Positions 1-9,475 of a stretch of 64,000 bases of DNA are shown here, piece by piece; positions within the stretch are counted from its first letter, which is position 1; each line of letters begins with the position of its first letter. Under the pieces are notes generated by a model. The model was not told where the DNA came from. It saw nothing but the letters and a program-made list of their open reading frames with translations, and did no database searches. This DNA comes from Acidobacteriota bacterium (GTDB lineage: Bacteria; Acidobacteriota; UBA890; WLXD01), in assembly GCA_965248695.1 (NCBI GenBank), contig CBDFKD010000002.1, positions 2,336,001 to 2,400,000 on the forward strand. The letters are read 5' to 3'. Position numbers and translations under genes: made by a program.

Positions 1-312
1 CGCGCCGGCGACGAAGAGACGTTCTTGGCGGGGTACACCGACGACTTGTTCTTCATGGCCGAAAACAGTGCGCCGGTGCTCGGGAAGGCCGCTTACGCTG
101 AGGATACTGACTTCGGCGGGCAGTCGAGGGAATGGAACGAGACCTACGTCGAGGTCATGGTGAATGGCGATTGGGGGCACATCATCGGCGACTGGACGTC
201 GGGTGATCGCAGCGGCAAGGCCATTTACATGTTCGCGCGACAGGACGATGGCTCGTGGAAGATCTCCCACGAGTTCGTCAACTCCAACGGTGCCGGCGAG
301 GAAAGTCGATGA
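1..312 (+). CDS. NTF2-like/DUF4440 (SnoaL-like) protein, 5'-truncated by the window edge
   Basis: Frame is open from base 1 (RAGDEETFLAGYTDD...). It has the GDW and RQDDGSWKISHE motifs typical of DUF4440 and resembles the next gene. Confidence 0.75.
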   Translation, partial: RAGDEETFLAGYTDDLFFMAENSAPVLGKAAYAEDTDFGGQSREWNETYVEVMVNGDWGHIIGDWTSGDRSGKAIYMFARQDDGSWKISHEFVNSNGAGEESR

Positions 313-776
313 AGCCGCGTGCACGGACAGTCAGCTTGTTGATGGCGGCGACCATGGTCTCCACTCTCGCCTGCGGCCCGGGGGAAGAGCCTCCGGCCCC
401 CGAGCCGGCGCCGCCGCCGAGCGCCGCGGATGACCGCGCTGCCATCGACGCGCTGATGAACCGTCTCGAGGCCGCGTACGCCAACACTGACATCGACCAG
501 TTGATGGACGTCTACACCGACGACCTCGTCTACATGGGCGCCGGGGCTCCTCTGATCCAGGGCGCCGCAGACTTTCGCGCCGCGAACGACCCGGTGGGTG
601 CCTATGACCTCGTGATGCACAACGAAGAGGTAGTGGTGACCGGAGACTGGGGCTACGCCCGCGGCAGCTACGACGGCAACGACCAGTTCCTGATGATCGT
701 GCGCCGCGACCCCGATGGGGTGTGGCGGATCGCGCGAGAGATCTGGAACGTGGCTCCGGACGAGACCGAGCAGTAG
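309..776 (+). CDS. NTF2-like/DUF4440 lipoprotein
   Basis: ATGA overlap with the upstream stop; lipobox-like TLAC; Pro-rich linker; YTDD, GDWGYARG and RRDPDGVWRIAREIWN motifs. Confidence 0.8.
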   Translation: MKPRARTVSLLMAATMVSTLACGPGEEPPAPEPAPPPSAADDRAAIDALMNRLEAAYANTDIDQLMDVYTDDLVYMGAGAPLIQGAADFRAANDPVGAYDLVMHNEEVVVTGDWGYARGSYDGNDQFLMIVRRDPDGVWRIAREIWNVAPDETEQ

Positions 777-792
777 CCGGAATGCCACCGGC

Positions 793-2234
793 TCAACGAA
801 TGAGGATAAGCTCCTCCTGCGGCGGGGACAGGTATTCGATACCGTCCGGAGTCGCTACCGCCTCCTCGTGGTCCCACCACAGCAAGTACTGGTCCTTGCC
901 CTCATCGGCGGGCGACGGCATATAGAAGAAGTACTCGATGACGGAGTGGTGGTTGGGGGCCAGCGGTATGTCCAGCACCCAGTCCGGTCCGTAGGAGCCG
1001 ATTCTGGGGCCGAAATAGGTCTCCACCGACCGTGCCCGCGCGCCCTTCATGTGTCCGTGCGCATCGACGCTCAGCAGCGTCTGGCCGGCGTCGTACGCGG
1101 CCGAATAGACCGGGAAGTCGTTCTTGGGTACCACCATGTGCATCTGGTCGTCCACAACAGAGACTCCTTCCGCCTCGAATCTCCGCGTGTACTCCTGCAC
1201 GATCTGACGCGCGGTAAGCCCAGACCGGACGGTCTCCGCCAGGATCCTCTCGACCTTCAGGTACTCGGCCACAGTCGCTGGATCTCTGCGGGCGGTCCCG
1301 TCTCACCATCACGCAGCACGTAGGCGTACATGCCCGTGCTCGGGGCGGCGAGGATATCGCCGCCCTGCACCACGGCATTCTCCCAGCCCGGGCTCCGCCC
1401 CCGCTGTGACTGCCCCCTGCTCATGCGACGAAACACGGTGAATCCGTCCCCTCGCGTCGGCGTGACACCCGGAACGACGCGGGCGAAAGCTCGGCGAGCT
1501 TCGTCGGCCTCGGCGCGGCGCATTCGGCGCAGCAGATCGATCTCGCGTGGCACCTTGTTGTGGATGTAATCCATCACCACCCACTCCGACGAGATCAGCC
1601 TGCCGGCGTACTCTTCCCCGAGCTCCTCGGCCAGCAGGACGTAGTAGGTATGGGACATACCGTCGGAGTCGCCGGTACGAGTCGGCCATGGTCCCAGCTC
1701 ACTCTTGAAATTCACCGCAATGCTAGAGGGATCGCGTTACGCGACGAACTCCCTGAGACCGTCGAATCGCAGGTGGTACTCGGTCACCGGGCTCGCCAGC
1801 GGTTCCTGTATGCGTACCGGGTCGCCGATGATGTCGAAGGCTCCGAGCGCCTCCATTGGATCCTGATAATCGGGGCTCTGCCAATCGCGCTGTGAAGCGC
1901 CCCATCGACGTCCGAGAATCGCTCGTTCGATGCGATCGCCACCACGGTCCGTGAAGACGAACACGCCCGATGTGCTGCCGAGCTCCTCGGCGCCGAAGGA
2001 ATCGTCGATCGACTCGCGCATCACATGGATCCACATGTCAACGTTGCGCTTCCTCATGGCGAGCGGCAACACGACATCGAACTTGTCGCGACGTATCTGA
2101 TCGTTCGCTTCGACGTACGGCGAGTCTCTCGGATCCTCTCGCCGGCGCTGCGCCTCGGCTTGAAGCGGAACAAGAACCCCGACGATCAAAAGGACAGACA
2201 ACAAGCTCCGCATCGCACGCCGCCTTTCTGCCAT
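793..2234 (-). pseudogene. Exported M24/Xaa-Pro aminopeptidase-like gene disrupted by one nonsense codon and one frameshift
   Basis: RBS GAGGAGG before ATG 2234 and a signal peptide. ORFs 1737-2327 and 1257-1715 share a frame across TAA 1737-1739 (FVA*RDPSSIAVN). A 1-nt frameshift near 1270 joins RLW to AEYLKVERIL. Confidence 0.7.
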
Positions 2235-2356
2235 ACCTACCTCCTCTACGGGAAAGAAGAACCCAGTGGTGTGGGCGGGCGCGGGCCGCAGTTGCCGCTG
2301 CAACGCCCGGCTAGCAACCCCCTGCAATCAACTCACCACACTCTAGCCACGGCCTG

Positions 2357-3118
2357 CTAGATGCCGGCCCACCAGGAGTACCCAAACTCCGGATTGATGC
2401 CACCCAGGCCCTCGCCGATGTTCTCGACAGTGTCTGTAACCGTGAGGCGCGAAAGGTACTTCACGCTCTTGTAGCCGAGCTGCCGAGCAACCTTGAGGCG
2501 CACGGGAGCGCCATGCGGGGTAGGAATGTCCCGCCCGTTCATTCCGTAGGCCAGGTAGGTCTGCGAGTGCAGCGCGTCGGCCATGTCGATGCTCTCCCAC
2601 CAGCCGTCAAACGCGAAGAACACGACGTAGCGGGCGCGCGGATCGACGCCAACCAGGTTCAGCACATGCGACAGCGGCACACCGGTCCACTCGGCAATGA
2701 ACGACCACCCTTCCTCGCACGCCTGGTGCGTGATCTGCGTGCTCCGCGGATACCCCTGTAACTCGGCGAGTGAGAAGGTCGATGGACGGGCTACCAGCCC
2801 ATCGACCGTGAGGCGCCAGTCGCGAAAGTCGTTCGCCAGCAGGCGCTGGTACTCGTCGTGCTCCGGCGGCCAGCCATTGACCGGAACTACCTTGGAGATA
2901 TCACTGCGATTGAACTCCCGCGCCATCGAATGCGGGCCCATCAGCAGGCGCTGGGACGCGTAGGTCAACGTCTCGCCGATGCCGTAGAGACCTCCGTGGT
3001 CCGGTGGTATGAGCCCGTATTGATCGGCGAGACGAACCGCACCCGCCAGGCCGGACACTCCCGCCGCGCCTGCAATCCCCGAAGTGATCAGCTTCCGTCT
3101 GGTCAGAATCCGGCTCAT
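2357..3118 (-). CDS. Molybdopterin-dependent oxidoreductase, sulfite oxidase/MsrP(YedY)-like, Tat-exported
   Basis: TRRKLI twin-arginine signal; Mo-ligand Cys in HQACEEGWS; HGAPVRL and GYKSVKYL motifs; ATG 3118 overlaps the upstream stop. Confidence 0.85.
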   Translation of the reverse strand: MSRILTRRKLITSGIAGAAGVSGLAGAVRLADQYGLIPPDHGGLYGIGETLTYASQRLLMGPHSMAREFNRSDISKVVPVNGWPPEHDEYQRLLANDFRDWRLTVDGLVARPSTFSLAELQGYPRSTQITHQACEEGWSFIAEWTGVPLSHVLNLVGVDPRARYVVFFAFDGWWESIDMADALHSQTYLAYGMNGRDIPTPHGAPVRLKVARQLGYKSVKYLSRLTVTDTVENIGEGLGGINPEFGYSWWAGI

Positions 3119-3804
3119 GTTCGCTCCACTCCGTCTGCTCTGTGGCCGGTAATCATCTCGCGCATGCGATGGCTGAAGCCAGCGAGAGCGACCATGCCGA
3201 TGTGAACGAGCACGAAGACCACGAGCGCGGTACCCGCGAAGAAATGAACCGTGCGCGCCGACTGCTGGCCATCGAAGACGGTCACGAGAGCCGGCACCAC
3301 GGATGCGAGCGCCGGCGAAAACGCCAGACCGGACAGGACAATCAACGGGAACAGCGCGAACACCACGACGACATAGGTCACCTGCTGCAGCACGTTGTAC
3401 GAGTCCGAATCCATCAGCCGTTCGCGTTTGAGCCGCACGTGATCGGTCATCACTCGAGCGATGTTGGCCCACTCGAGATCGGCTCGCGACGGTATCAATC
3501 GCCGCCGGAAGTGTCGCGTCATTAGCCCGGAAACCACGTACAGCACGCCGCTCAATACGCTCACCCAGGCAGCGAGAAAATGTAGATACCGGCCCCAGCC
3601 GGAATGCCCCAGCAGGAACGGGATCGGAAGCTCGATGAGCGCCGGCGTCCCCACGGCGCCGGTCTCGCCCCAATAGAGGCGCGGATGCGCCAGCAGAATG
3701 GCGATGCCGCTGACGATGAGCGCGAAGATGCTCACCGCGTTGACCCAGTGCGTGGCGCGAACCATGACCGTATGTCGAGGAGGATTGGAGCTATGAGAAC
3801 TCAC
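3115..3804 (-). CDS. Membrane cytochrome b (Ni/Fe-hydrogenase cytochrome b / thiosulfate reductase b type), likely partner of the Mo enzyme
   Basis: RATHWVNA, RYLHF, YNVLQ and ARTVHF...VHI heme-His motifs with four hydrophobic segments. Start uncertain (GTG 3804 or a slightly later ATG). Confidence 0.85.
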   Translation of the reverse strand: MSSHSSNPPRHTVMVRATHWVNAVSIFALIVSGIAILLAHPRLYWGETGAVGTPALIELPIPFLLGHSGWGRYLHFLAAWVSVLSGVLYVVSGLMTRHFRRRLIPSRADLEWANIARVMTDHVRLKRERLMDSDSYNVLQQVTYVVVVFALFPLIVLSGLAFSPALASVVPALVTVFDGQQSARTVHFFAGTALVVFVLVHIGMVALAGFSHRMREMITGHRADGVERT

Positions 3805-3850
3805 GTGCTTGGAGCCTTCGGTGGCACGACCGAGAGGAGTCTCGGACCGC

Positions 3851-3886
3851 GTGAAGCCTACCGTCGGAGCTGCTGAGATCCAACGG
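3851..3886 (-). promoter_or_regulatory. Promoter-like motif, copy 1 (TTGGAT-N17-TAGGCT)
   Basis: Minus strand reads ccgTTGGATctcagcagctccgacggTAGGCTtcac, about 50 nt upstream of the cytochrome b gene. Confidence 0.65.
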
Positions 3887-4043
3887 TCGGCGGGGATCGG
3901 TCTACTCGATGGGCGACATCGACCTGCCACCGATCAAGCCCCCTTGTAGGGAAGCTTGCGGTAGCCTTGGATTCCGTGACCCGGTGGCGCGTCAGCCACC
4001 GGCGATCAGCGACGCAGTTCGGCCTGTATACCGAGGGCAGGGG

Positions 4044-5408
4044 ATGGCCAGCGACACAGACAAGACATGCTGCGGCCCAGGCTATGCCTCGCCGACGGAG
4101 GCAATGCTGGCCCCGCGCGAGCAGCTCCTCTACACGGTGGCGCTCTACATCGGTACCGGCGTCCAGAAGCCGGACTATCTGGCCACCATCGACGCTGACC
4201 CGGCGAGCCCCACCTACAGCCAGGTCATCAGCCGGCTGGAGATGCCGGGCATCGGCGACGAGCTGCATCACATGGGCTGGAACGCCTGCTCCTCGTGCCA
4301 CGGCGACCCCAGCAAGGAGCGTCGCTATCTGATCTTGCCGGGGGTGCGCAGCTCCAACCTGCACATCGTCGATTGCGCCACCGACCCGAGGAACCCCCGC
4401 CTGCACAAGGTGATCGACGGAGGAGAGATCAAGGCGAAGACCGATCTCTCGGCGCCGCACACGGTTCATTGTCTCGGCTCCGACATCATCATCTCGATGC
4501 TCGGCGACGCGAAGGGCGAGGCACCCGGCGGGTTCCTGCACCTGAACGAGCGGTTCGAGATCGTCGGGCGATGGGAGAACGACCTGGGCGGCATGAAGTT
4601 CAACTACGACTTCTGGTACCAGCCGCGCCACAACGTCATGGTCTCTACCGAGTGGGCGGCGCCCAACACGTTCATGCCGGGCTTCGATCTGGAGGAGGTC
4701 GGGCTACTCAAGTACGGCCGCGAGATCCACTTCTGGGACTTCGAGAAGAAGACGGTGGAGAACACCGTCTACCTGGGCGAGGACGGCCTGGTGCCGCTGG
4801 AGGTGCGCTTCCACCACGACCCAGACTCGAGCCACGGTTTCGTCGGCGCGGCGCTGTCGTCGAACGTAATCCACTGGCACAAGAGCGACGGCGAGTGGAT
4901 CGTCGAAAAGATCATCGACGTGGAAAACCAGCGCCATCCCGAATGGCCGATACCGGTGCCGGGTCTGATCAGCGTGATCCTGATCTCGATGGACGACCGG
5001 TTCCTCTACTTCTCCAACTGGCTGCACGGCGACCTGCGCCAGTACGACATCACCGATCCGTCGAATCCCAGGCTTACCGGACAGGTCTGGATGGGCGGCC
5101 TGCTCGGCAAGGCGCCGGAGGTAAACGGTCACCGGATCACCGGCGGCCCGCAGATGATCCAGCTGTCGCTCGACGGCAGGCGCCTCTATGTCACCACTTC
5201 GCTTTTCTCCACCTGGGACAACCAGTTCTACCCGGAGATTCGCTCCAACGGCGGTTGCATGTTGATGGTCGATTGCGACACCGAGGGCGGCGGCATGTCG
5301 ATCAACCCTGACTTCTTCGTCGATTTCGGCAACGAGCCCAACGGTCCGGCACGCTGCCACGAGACGCGCTATCCGGGCGGCGACTGCACCTCGGACATCT
5401 GGCTGTAG
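4044..5408 (+). CDS. Selenium-binding protein SBP56 / methanethiol oxidase family
   Basis: CCGPGYASP, GDELHHMGWNACSSC, YDFWYQPRHNVMVSTEW, GGPQMIQLSLDGRRLYVT, WDNQFYP and C-terminal RYPGGDCTSDIW motifs; no signal peptide. Confidence 0.93.
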   Translation: MASDTDKTCCGPGYASPTEAMLAPREQLLYTVALYIGTGVQKPDYLATIDADPASPTYSQVISRLEMPGIGDELHHMGWNACSSCHGDPSKERRYLILPGVRSSNLHIVDCATDPRNPRLHKVIDGGEIKAKTDLSAPHTVHCLGSDIIISMLGDAKGEAPGGFLHLNERFEIVGRWENDLGGMKFNYDFWYQPRHNVMVSTEWAAPNTFMPGFDLEEVGLLKYGREIHFWDFEKKTVENTVYLGEDGLVPLEVRFHHDPDSSHGFVGAALSSNVIHWHKSDGEWIVEKIIDVENQRHPEWPIPVPGLISVILISMDDRFLYFSNWLHGDLRQYDITDPSNPRLTGQVWMGGLLGKAPEVNGHRITGGPQMIQLSLDGRRLYVTTSLFSTWDNQFYPEIRSNGGCMLMVDCDTEGGGMSINPDFFVDFGNEPNGPARCHETRYPGGDCTSDIWL

Positions 5409-5415
5409 GGCCGCG

Positions 5416-5805
5416 ATGATGTACACCAAGCGCTTCACCGTGACAATCGCTAATCGGGACGGCGCCGCTTTCGAGGTCACTGCCGACGCGCCGCTACTTC
5501 AAACACTCGAGGAGCACGGCCTCTCGCTGCCTTATGGTTGCCGCTACGGCGGCTGCATCTCCTGTGCCGCCAAGCTGCTGGAAGGCAGCGTCGACCAGAG
5601 CGAAGGCCGGGCGCTCAACGGCCGTCAGTTGACGGATGGCTACGTTCTGCTGTGCGTGGCGCGACCCGAGAGCGACTGCACGCTCGACGTGGGTGTCGAT
5701 AGCCACGACAGACTCTATCGAAACCCGTTCCAGAGCCCGCTCAGGCCAGATGAGCTCAAACCCGAGCTTCAGAGCGAACCGCGCCACTTGCAGGATGCGC
5801 CATGA
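5416..5805 (+). CDS. Plant-type [2Fe-2S] ferredoxin
   Basis: LPYGCRYGGCISC...VLLCVARP motif; starts 7 nt after the SBP56 gene. Confidence 0.9.
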   Translation: MMYTKRFTVTIANRDGAAFEVTADAPLLQTLEEHGLSLPYGCRYGGCISCAAKLLEGSVDQSEGRALNGRQLTDGYVLLCVARPESDCTLDVGVDSHDRLYRNPFQSPLRPDELKPELQSEPRHLQDAP

Positions 5806-6251
5806 ACCACGACGAAGCCTATCCGTCGGAGTATCTGGCCGGGATTCTCCAGCAGGTGAAGACCATCGCGATGGTTGGCGCCAGCTCCGACCCAACGAAG
5901 TTCAGCTACGGCGTGCTGCGCGTTCTGCACGAGACCGGCTACGACATGGTGCCGGTCAACCCGCGCGAGGCGGGCAACGAGATCCGCGGACTGCCGGTAT
6001 ACGAGTCACTGGCCTCGATCGACCGGCCGGTCGACATGGTGCAGGTATTCCGCACCTCGGATGCGGCCCTCGGCGTCACCGAGGAAGCCATCGAGATCGG
6101 CGCCAAGGTGATCTGGATGCAGATCGGCGTGCGCAACGACGACGCGGCGGCTCTGGCGGAGGCGGCCGGCCTGAAGGTGGTGATGAACCGCTGTCCGAAG
6201 ATCGAGCTGTTCCGTCCCTTCTGGAAACCGCGCCTCAACCAGAAGATCTGA
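5802..6251 (+). CDS. CoA-binding protein (YccU-like)
   Basis: IAMVGAS, PVNP, VDMVQVFR, VIWMQIG and VVMNRC motifs; ATGA overlap with the ferredoxin gene. Confidence 0.9.
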   Translation: MNHDEAYPSEYLAGILQQVKTIAMVGASSDPTKFSYGVLRVLHETGYDMVPVNPREAGNEIRGLPVYESLASIDRPVDMVQVFRTSDAALGVTEEAIEIGAKVIWMQIGVRNDDAAALAEAAGLKVVMNRCPKIELFRPFWKPRLNQKI

Positions 6252-6311
6252 GCCAAGCCCCAGGCTCGAGACCTGACGCCCCGCCTCTGGCCAGTGGCCT
6301 GTCACAGGTCG

Positions 6312-6336
6312 CTAGTGGCCTGTCCTAGGCCACTAG
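6312..6336. terminator. Perfect 10-bp hairpin between convergent operons
   Basis: CTAGTGGCCT-gtcct-AGGCCACTAG; no clear U-tract. Confidence 0.45.
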
Positions 6337-7487
6337 TTCGCGAGCAGCAGTCGCCTGCCGACGAGCTTGCTCGTATCAGCGTCGGGCTTGGGAACGAACT
6401 TGTTTACCCAGCCACCGGTGTAGTTGGCGATGTACAGGTTGCCGTCTTCGTCCAGATCGAGCTGATGCGGACGCGACAGACCGCCCGGCCAGGTCGCCTG
6501 GCCAAGCGCGGCAGCCTGGCCGTAGGTGCCCCAGTGGTACTGGAGCACGCCGTCACGGTCGTACTGGAGGATCCGGTTCAAGCTCGCGTCGATCACCCAT
6601 ACGGAGCCGTCTTCATCGATCCAGATGTTGACCGGGTCGAAGATGCCCGGCCACTCCTCGATGAACTCGCCCTCGTGAGTGAAGATCTGGATGCGGTGGT
6701 TCTGCCGGTCGCCAACGTAAACGCGGTCCTCATCGACGGCGAGACCGTGGAGAAGGTCGAACTCCCCGGGGCCGTCTCCCAGGCCTCCCCACTGCAACAC
6801 GCGCTCGCCGGCCTCGGTGTACTTGACGATGCGTGAGTTCCAGTACCCGTCGGCCAGCATGAAGCTCCCATCGGGAAGGAAGGCGAGCTTCGACGGCCAT
6901 CCGTAGGTATGCGGACCCCAGTCGAACCGGGCGCGAGCCTCCTCTTCGGTCTTGGGATGATCGCGCTCGCCGAGCTGCATCACCAGCTCGCTGCCGTCAT
7001 TGGAGAACTTCAGGACCTGGTGGTGGCCCTCGCCGCCGCCGCTGTCGATGACCCAGATGTGCCGTTCCGGATCGTAGGGGTTGATGTAGACCTGATGCGG
7101 CAACGTCAGGATCGAGTCCCACTGGCTCCACTGCTCCACGATGTTGCCGTTGCCATCGGCGACGACGATGAAGTTCGTGCGGCGGAGTCGATCATCCCTG
7201 GGCTGACTGCGATCCGCTGGCCAGTCGCCGCGCGTGACCACGATGATGCGGTCGGAGTGGTCCACGGCGACCCCGCACACCTGACCCCACGACCACTCGT
7301 CGTCATGGTCGGGCGCCTGCTTCCACCAGCCTTCGACGACGTCGTAGGGACCCGTCCTGTCGTCACCGCCCTTGATGATCGAGCCTTCGGAGGCCGGAGC
7401 CGGCTCCGCTTGGTCGTCGCCCGCGCAAGCCGACAAGACCAGGACGAAGCCACACGCAACGACGAGCGCGACGGATCGACACCTCAC
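6333..7487 (-). CDS. NHL-repeat beta-propeller lipoprotein (peptidyl-alpha-hydroxyglycine amidating lyase-like)
   Basis: Lipobox LSAC; ADGYWNSRIVKY, GPGEFDLLHGLAVD and VYVGDRQNHRIQIF NHL motifs. Confidence 0.85.
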   Translation of the reverse strand: MRCRSVALVVACGFVLVLSACAGDDQAEPAPASEGSIIKGGDDRTGPYDVVEGWWKQAPDHDDEWSWGQVCGVAVDHSDRIIVVTRGDWPADRSQPRDDRLRRTNFIVVADGNGNIVEQWSQWDSILTLPHQVYINPYDPERHIWVIDSGGGEGHHQVLKFSNDGSELVMQLGERDHPKTEEEARARFDWGPHTYGWPSKLAFLPDGSFMLADGYWNSRIVKYTEAGERVLQWGGLGDGPGEFDLLHGLAVDEDRVYVGDRQNHRIQIFTHEGEFIEEWPGIFDPVNIWIDEDGSVWVIDASLNRILQYDRDGVLQYHWGTYGQAAALGQATWPGGLSRPHQLDLDEDGNLYIANYTGGWVNKFVPKPDADTSKLVGRRLLLAN

Positions 7488-9475
7488 CGTCGTTTCGGCT
7501 TCTCCGACGGCCCCGACGAACTACCGTCATCGGTCGCCGCCCATGGGTCGTTGACGCCCGCATCATCGCAGGCGTGCCCCGTGCCGCGGAAATGCGTGTG
7601 GAGGCACTCCAGCGTGGCGCCCAGGCTCGTAAGCAACTCGACCGTCTCGGGGTACGCCGCGCGCTTGAAGAAACCGGCCTGTCCGCCGCGTGCCATGTCG
7701 GCGGTCGACTGGCCCAGCCGCGTCATCGCGGTCACGTCGGCGCCCTGCGACACCAGGTACTCGATGAGCTCGTTGTCACCGCGCGACGCGGCGTAGTGAA
7801 GCGGCGTGTAGAGCCAGGAGTCGGGTAGGTTCACGTCGGCGCCGTGCTCGTCGACAAGATACTTCACCGTCTGAGTGAACTGATCCGGCCTACTCTGCAC
7901 GCTGAAGGCGCCGAGCCCGAGGTACCCGCCGCCCGCAGCGGCGTGGATCGGGTAGACGTTGGGTGCACCCTGCGGGATCTTGGGCAGCCCCGAATCTTCC
8001 CGTAGGCGCCCGTCCTGTTGCCGTCCCTGGCGCATCCCGACTTCCGGCCACGCCGTCGGAAGGTCCGGGTCTGCGCCGTGCGCCACCAGCAACTCCATGG
8101 CCTCGATGTCCTGGGCGAAGGCGGCGCGCCAGAACGGCGTCGCGCCGGTCAAATCGAGCCCCATCTTCATCAGCCCGTATTCCCAGTACCACATGTGGGT
8201 CCTCAGCCCGACGTCGGGATCGGCGCCGGCCACGAGCAAGGCTTCGAGCACCTCGATGTGCTGCGCTCGCTGCTCGTCCTGCGCCCGTGGCTGCGGATAG
8301 GTAGTTTTCGGGGCCCACTGCGTCTGCAGGACGGCGAACAGGGGAGTGATTCCATCCGTTGCGGTGGCGAAGTCGGGATCGGCGCCCGCCTCCAGCAGAA
8401 GCAGGGCCAGGTCGAAGTGTCCGTTGAACGTCGCGATGAGCAGCGGGCTGCTTTGGTCTCCGGCGCTCACCTGGTCGACGTCGGCACCACCTTCGAGGAG
8501 CGCGACGGCAGCCTCGGTATTGCCTTCCCGGGCTGCGTGCAGCAGCGCCGTCATGCCCCCGGTCTTTCCGACCAGAGTCTCGCGCCAGGGCGGCCGCGCG
8601 ACGTCCGGGCCACCTGTATAGTCGGGGCGTACGCGCGCCAGCGTATACGGATCGACGTCTCCGACGTCGTGACCAGACCGCAGAAACTCCCGTTGGGCGC
8701 GGACGGCTGCCTGGATCTCGGCAGCGCTCGGCGGCTCGATCTCGGTCGGCACGCCTTCGCATGCTGCTATGGGCACCTGTGAGTCACATTCTTCACGGAG
8801 CGCCTCGGCCTCTGGCGTTATGCCCAGCATCTCCTTGTAACGCCGCGTGGCCTCACGATCCAGGGTGACGCTGGCCAGAACGTCGACCACCTGTGTTCTG
8901 ATCCCCGGGTCCGCGCCGCCCTGGAGGAGTGTTTCGACCGCCGCCACTCGATTCGAGCCGGCGGCAAAAATCAATGGCGTCTGGCCGGCCGACGACTCCA
9001 GCGCGTTCGGGTCGGCGCCGTGAGACAGGAGCGCGGCGACGGCGTCCTCGCCCCCGATCGCCACGGCGGCGAGGTGCAGGGGCGTCACGCCGCTGCTGGC
9101 CGTCACGGCATCGGGATCGCTTCCGGCCTCGAGCAGCAGCCGGGCCAGCGCGCCGTGCCCGCCGCGCGCCGCCAGGTGCAGCGGCATGTAGCTGCCGATG
9201 CGCGTCCTGGCGCCGACGTCGGCAGACGCGGCGATCAGCTGTTCGGCCACGGCTGCCAGACCACTCTCGGCAGCCCAGTGCAGGGCGGTCATGCCGTCAC
9301 CCTGCGCTGCGTTCACGTCGCTGCCGCCCTCCAGGAGCGCGCGAACTGTCGCCACGTCACCCTGCCGTACCGCGTCGATCAAGGGTGCTTTTGGCGGGAC
9401 GGCAGCGCCGTAGAGGAGCGCCACCAAACCGAGCACGACGAGTTGCCTCGCAGCAGTGAGCCGACGCTCTCTCAT
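7484..9475 (-). CDS. Exported ankyrin-repeat protein
   Basis: Signal peptide and many ankyrin repeats (GMTALHWAA, GVTPLHLAA, GQTPLIFAA, YTPLHYAA). Confidence 0.9.
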   Translation of the reverse strand: MRERRLTAARQLVVLGLVALLYGAAVPPKAPLIDAVRQGDVATVRALLEGGSDVNAAQGDGMTALHWAAESGLAAVAEQLIAASADVGARTRIGSYMPLHLAARGGHGALARLLLEAGSDPDAVTASSGVTPLHLAAVAIGGEDAVAALLSHGADPNALESSAGQTPLIFAAGSNRVAAVETLLQGGADPGIRTQVVDVLASVTLDREATRRYKEMLGITPEAEALREECDSQVPIAACEGVPTEIEPPSAAEIQAAVRAQREFLRSGHDVGDVDPYTLARVRPDYTGGPDVARPPWRETLVGKTGGMTALLHAAREGNTEAAVALLEGGADVDQVSAGDQSSPLLIATFNGHFDLALLLLEAGADPDFATATDGITPLFAVLQTQWAPKTTYPQPRAQDEQRAQHIEVLEALLVAGADPDVGLRTHMWYWEYGLMKMGLDLTGATPFWRAAFAQDIEAMELLVAHGADPDLPTAWPEVGMRQGRQQDGRLREDSGLPKIPQGAPNVYPIHAAAGGGYLGLGAFSVQSRPDQFTQTVKYLVDEHGADVNLPDSWLYTPLHYAASRGDNELIEYLVSQGADVTAMTRLGQSTADMARGGQAGFFKRAAYPETVELLTSLGATLECLHTHFRGTGHACDDAGVNDPWAATDDGSSSGPSEKPKRR

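Noticed and set aside
2240-2345. Possible cobalamin riboswitch upstream of the M24 pseudogene
   Set aside because: Only a CACTGGG-like fragment is present; the B12 box and other conserved elements are not seen.
2357-3673. 438-aa version of the Mo enzyme ORF
   Set aside because: The N-terminal 185 aa overlap the cytochrome b gene in another frame; the real start is ATG 3118, which gives a Tat leader.
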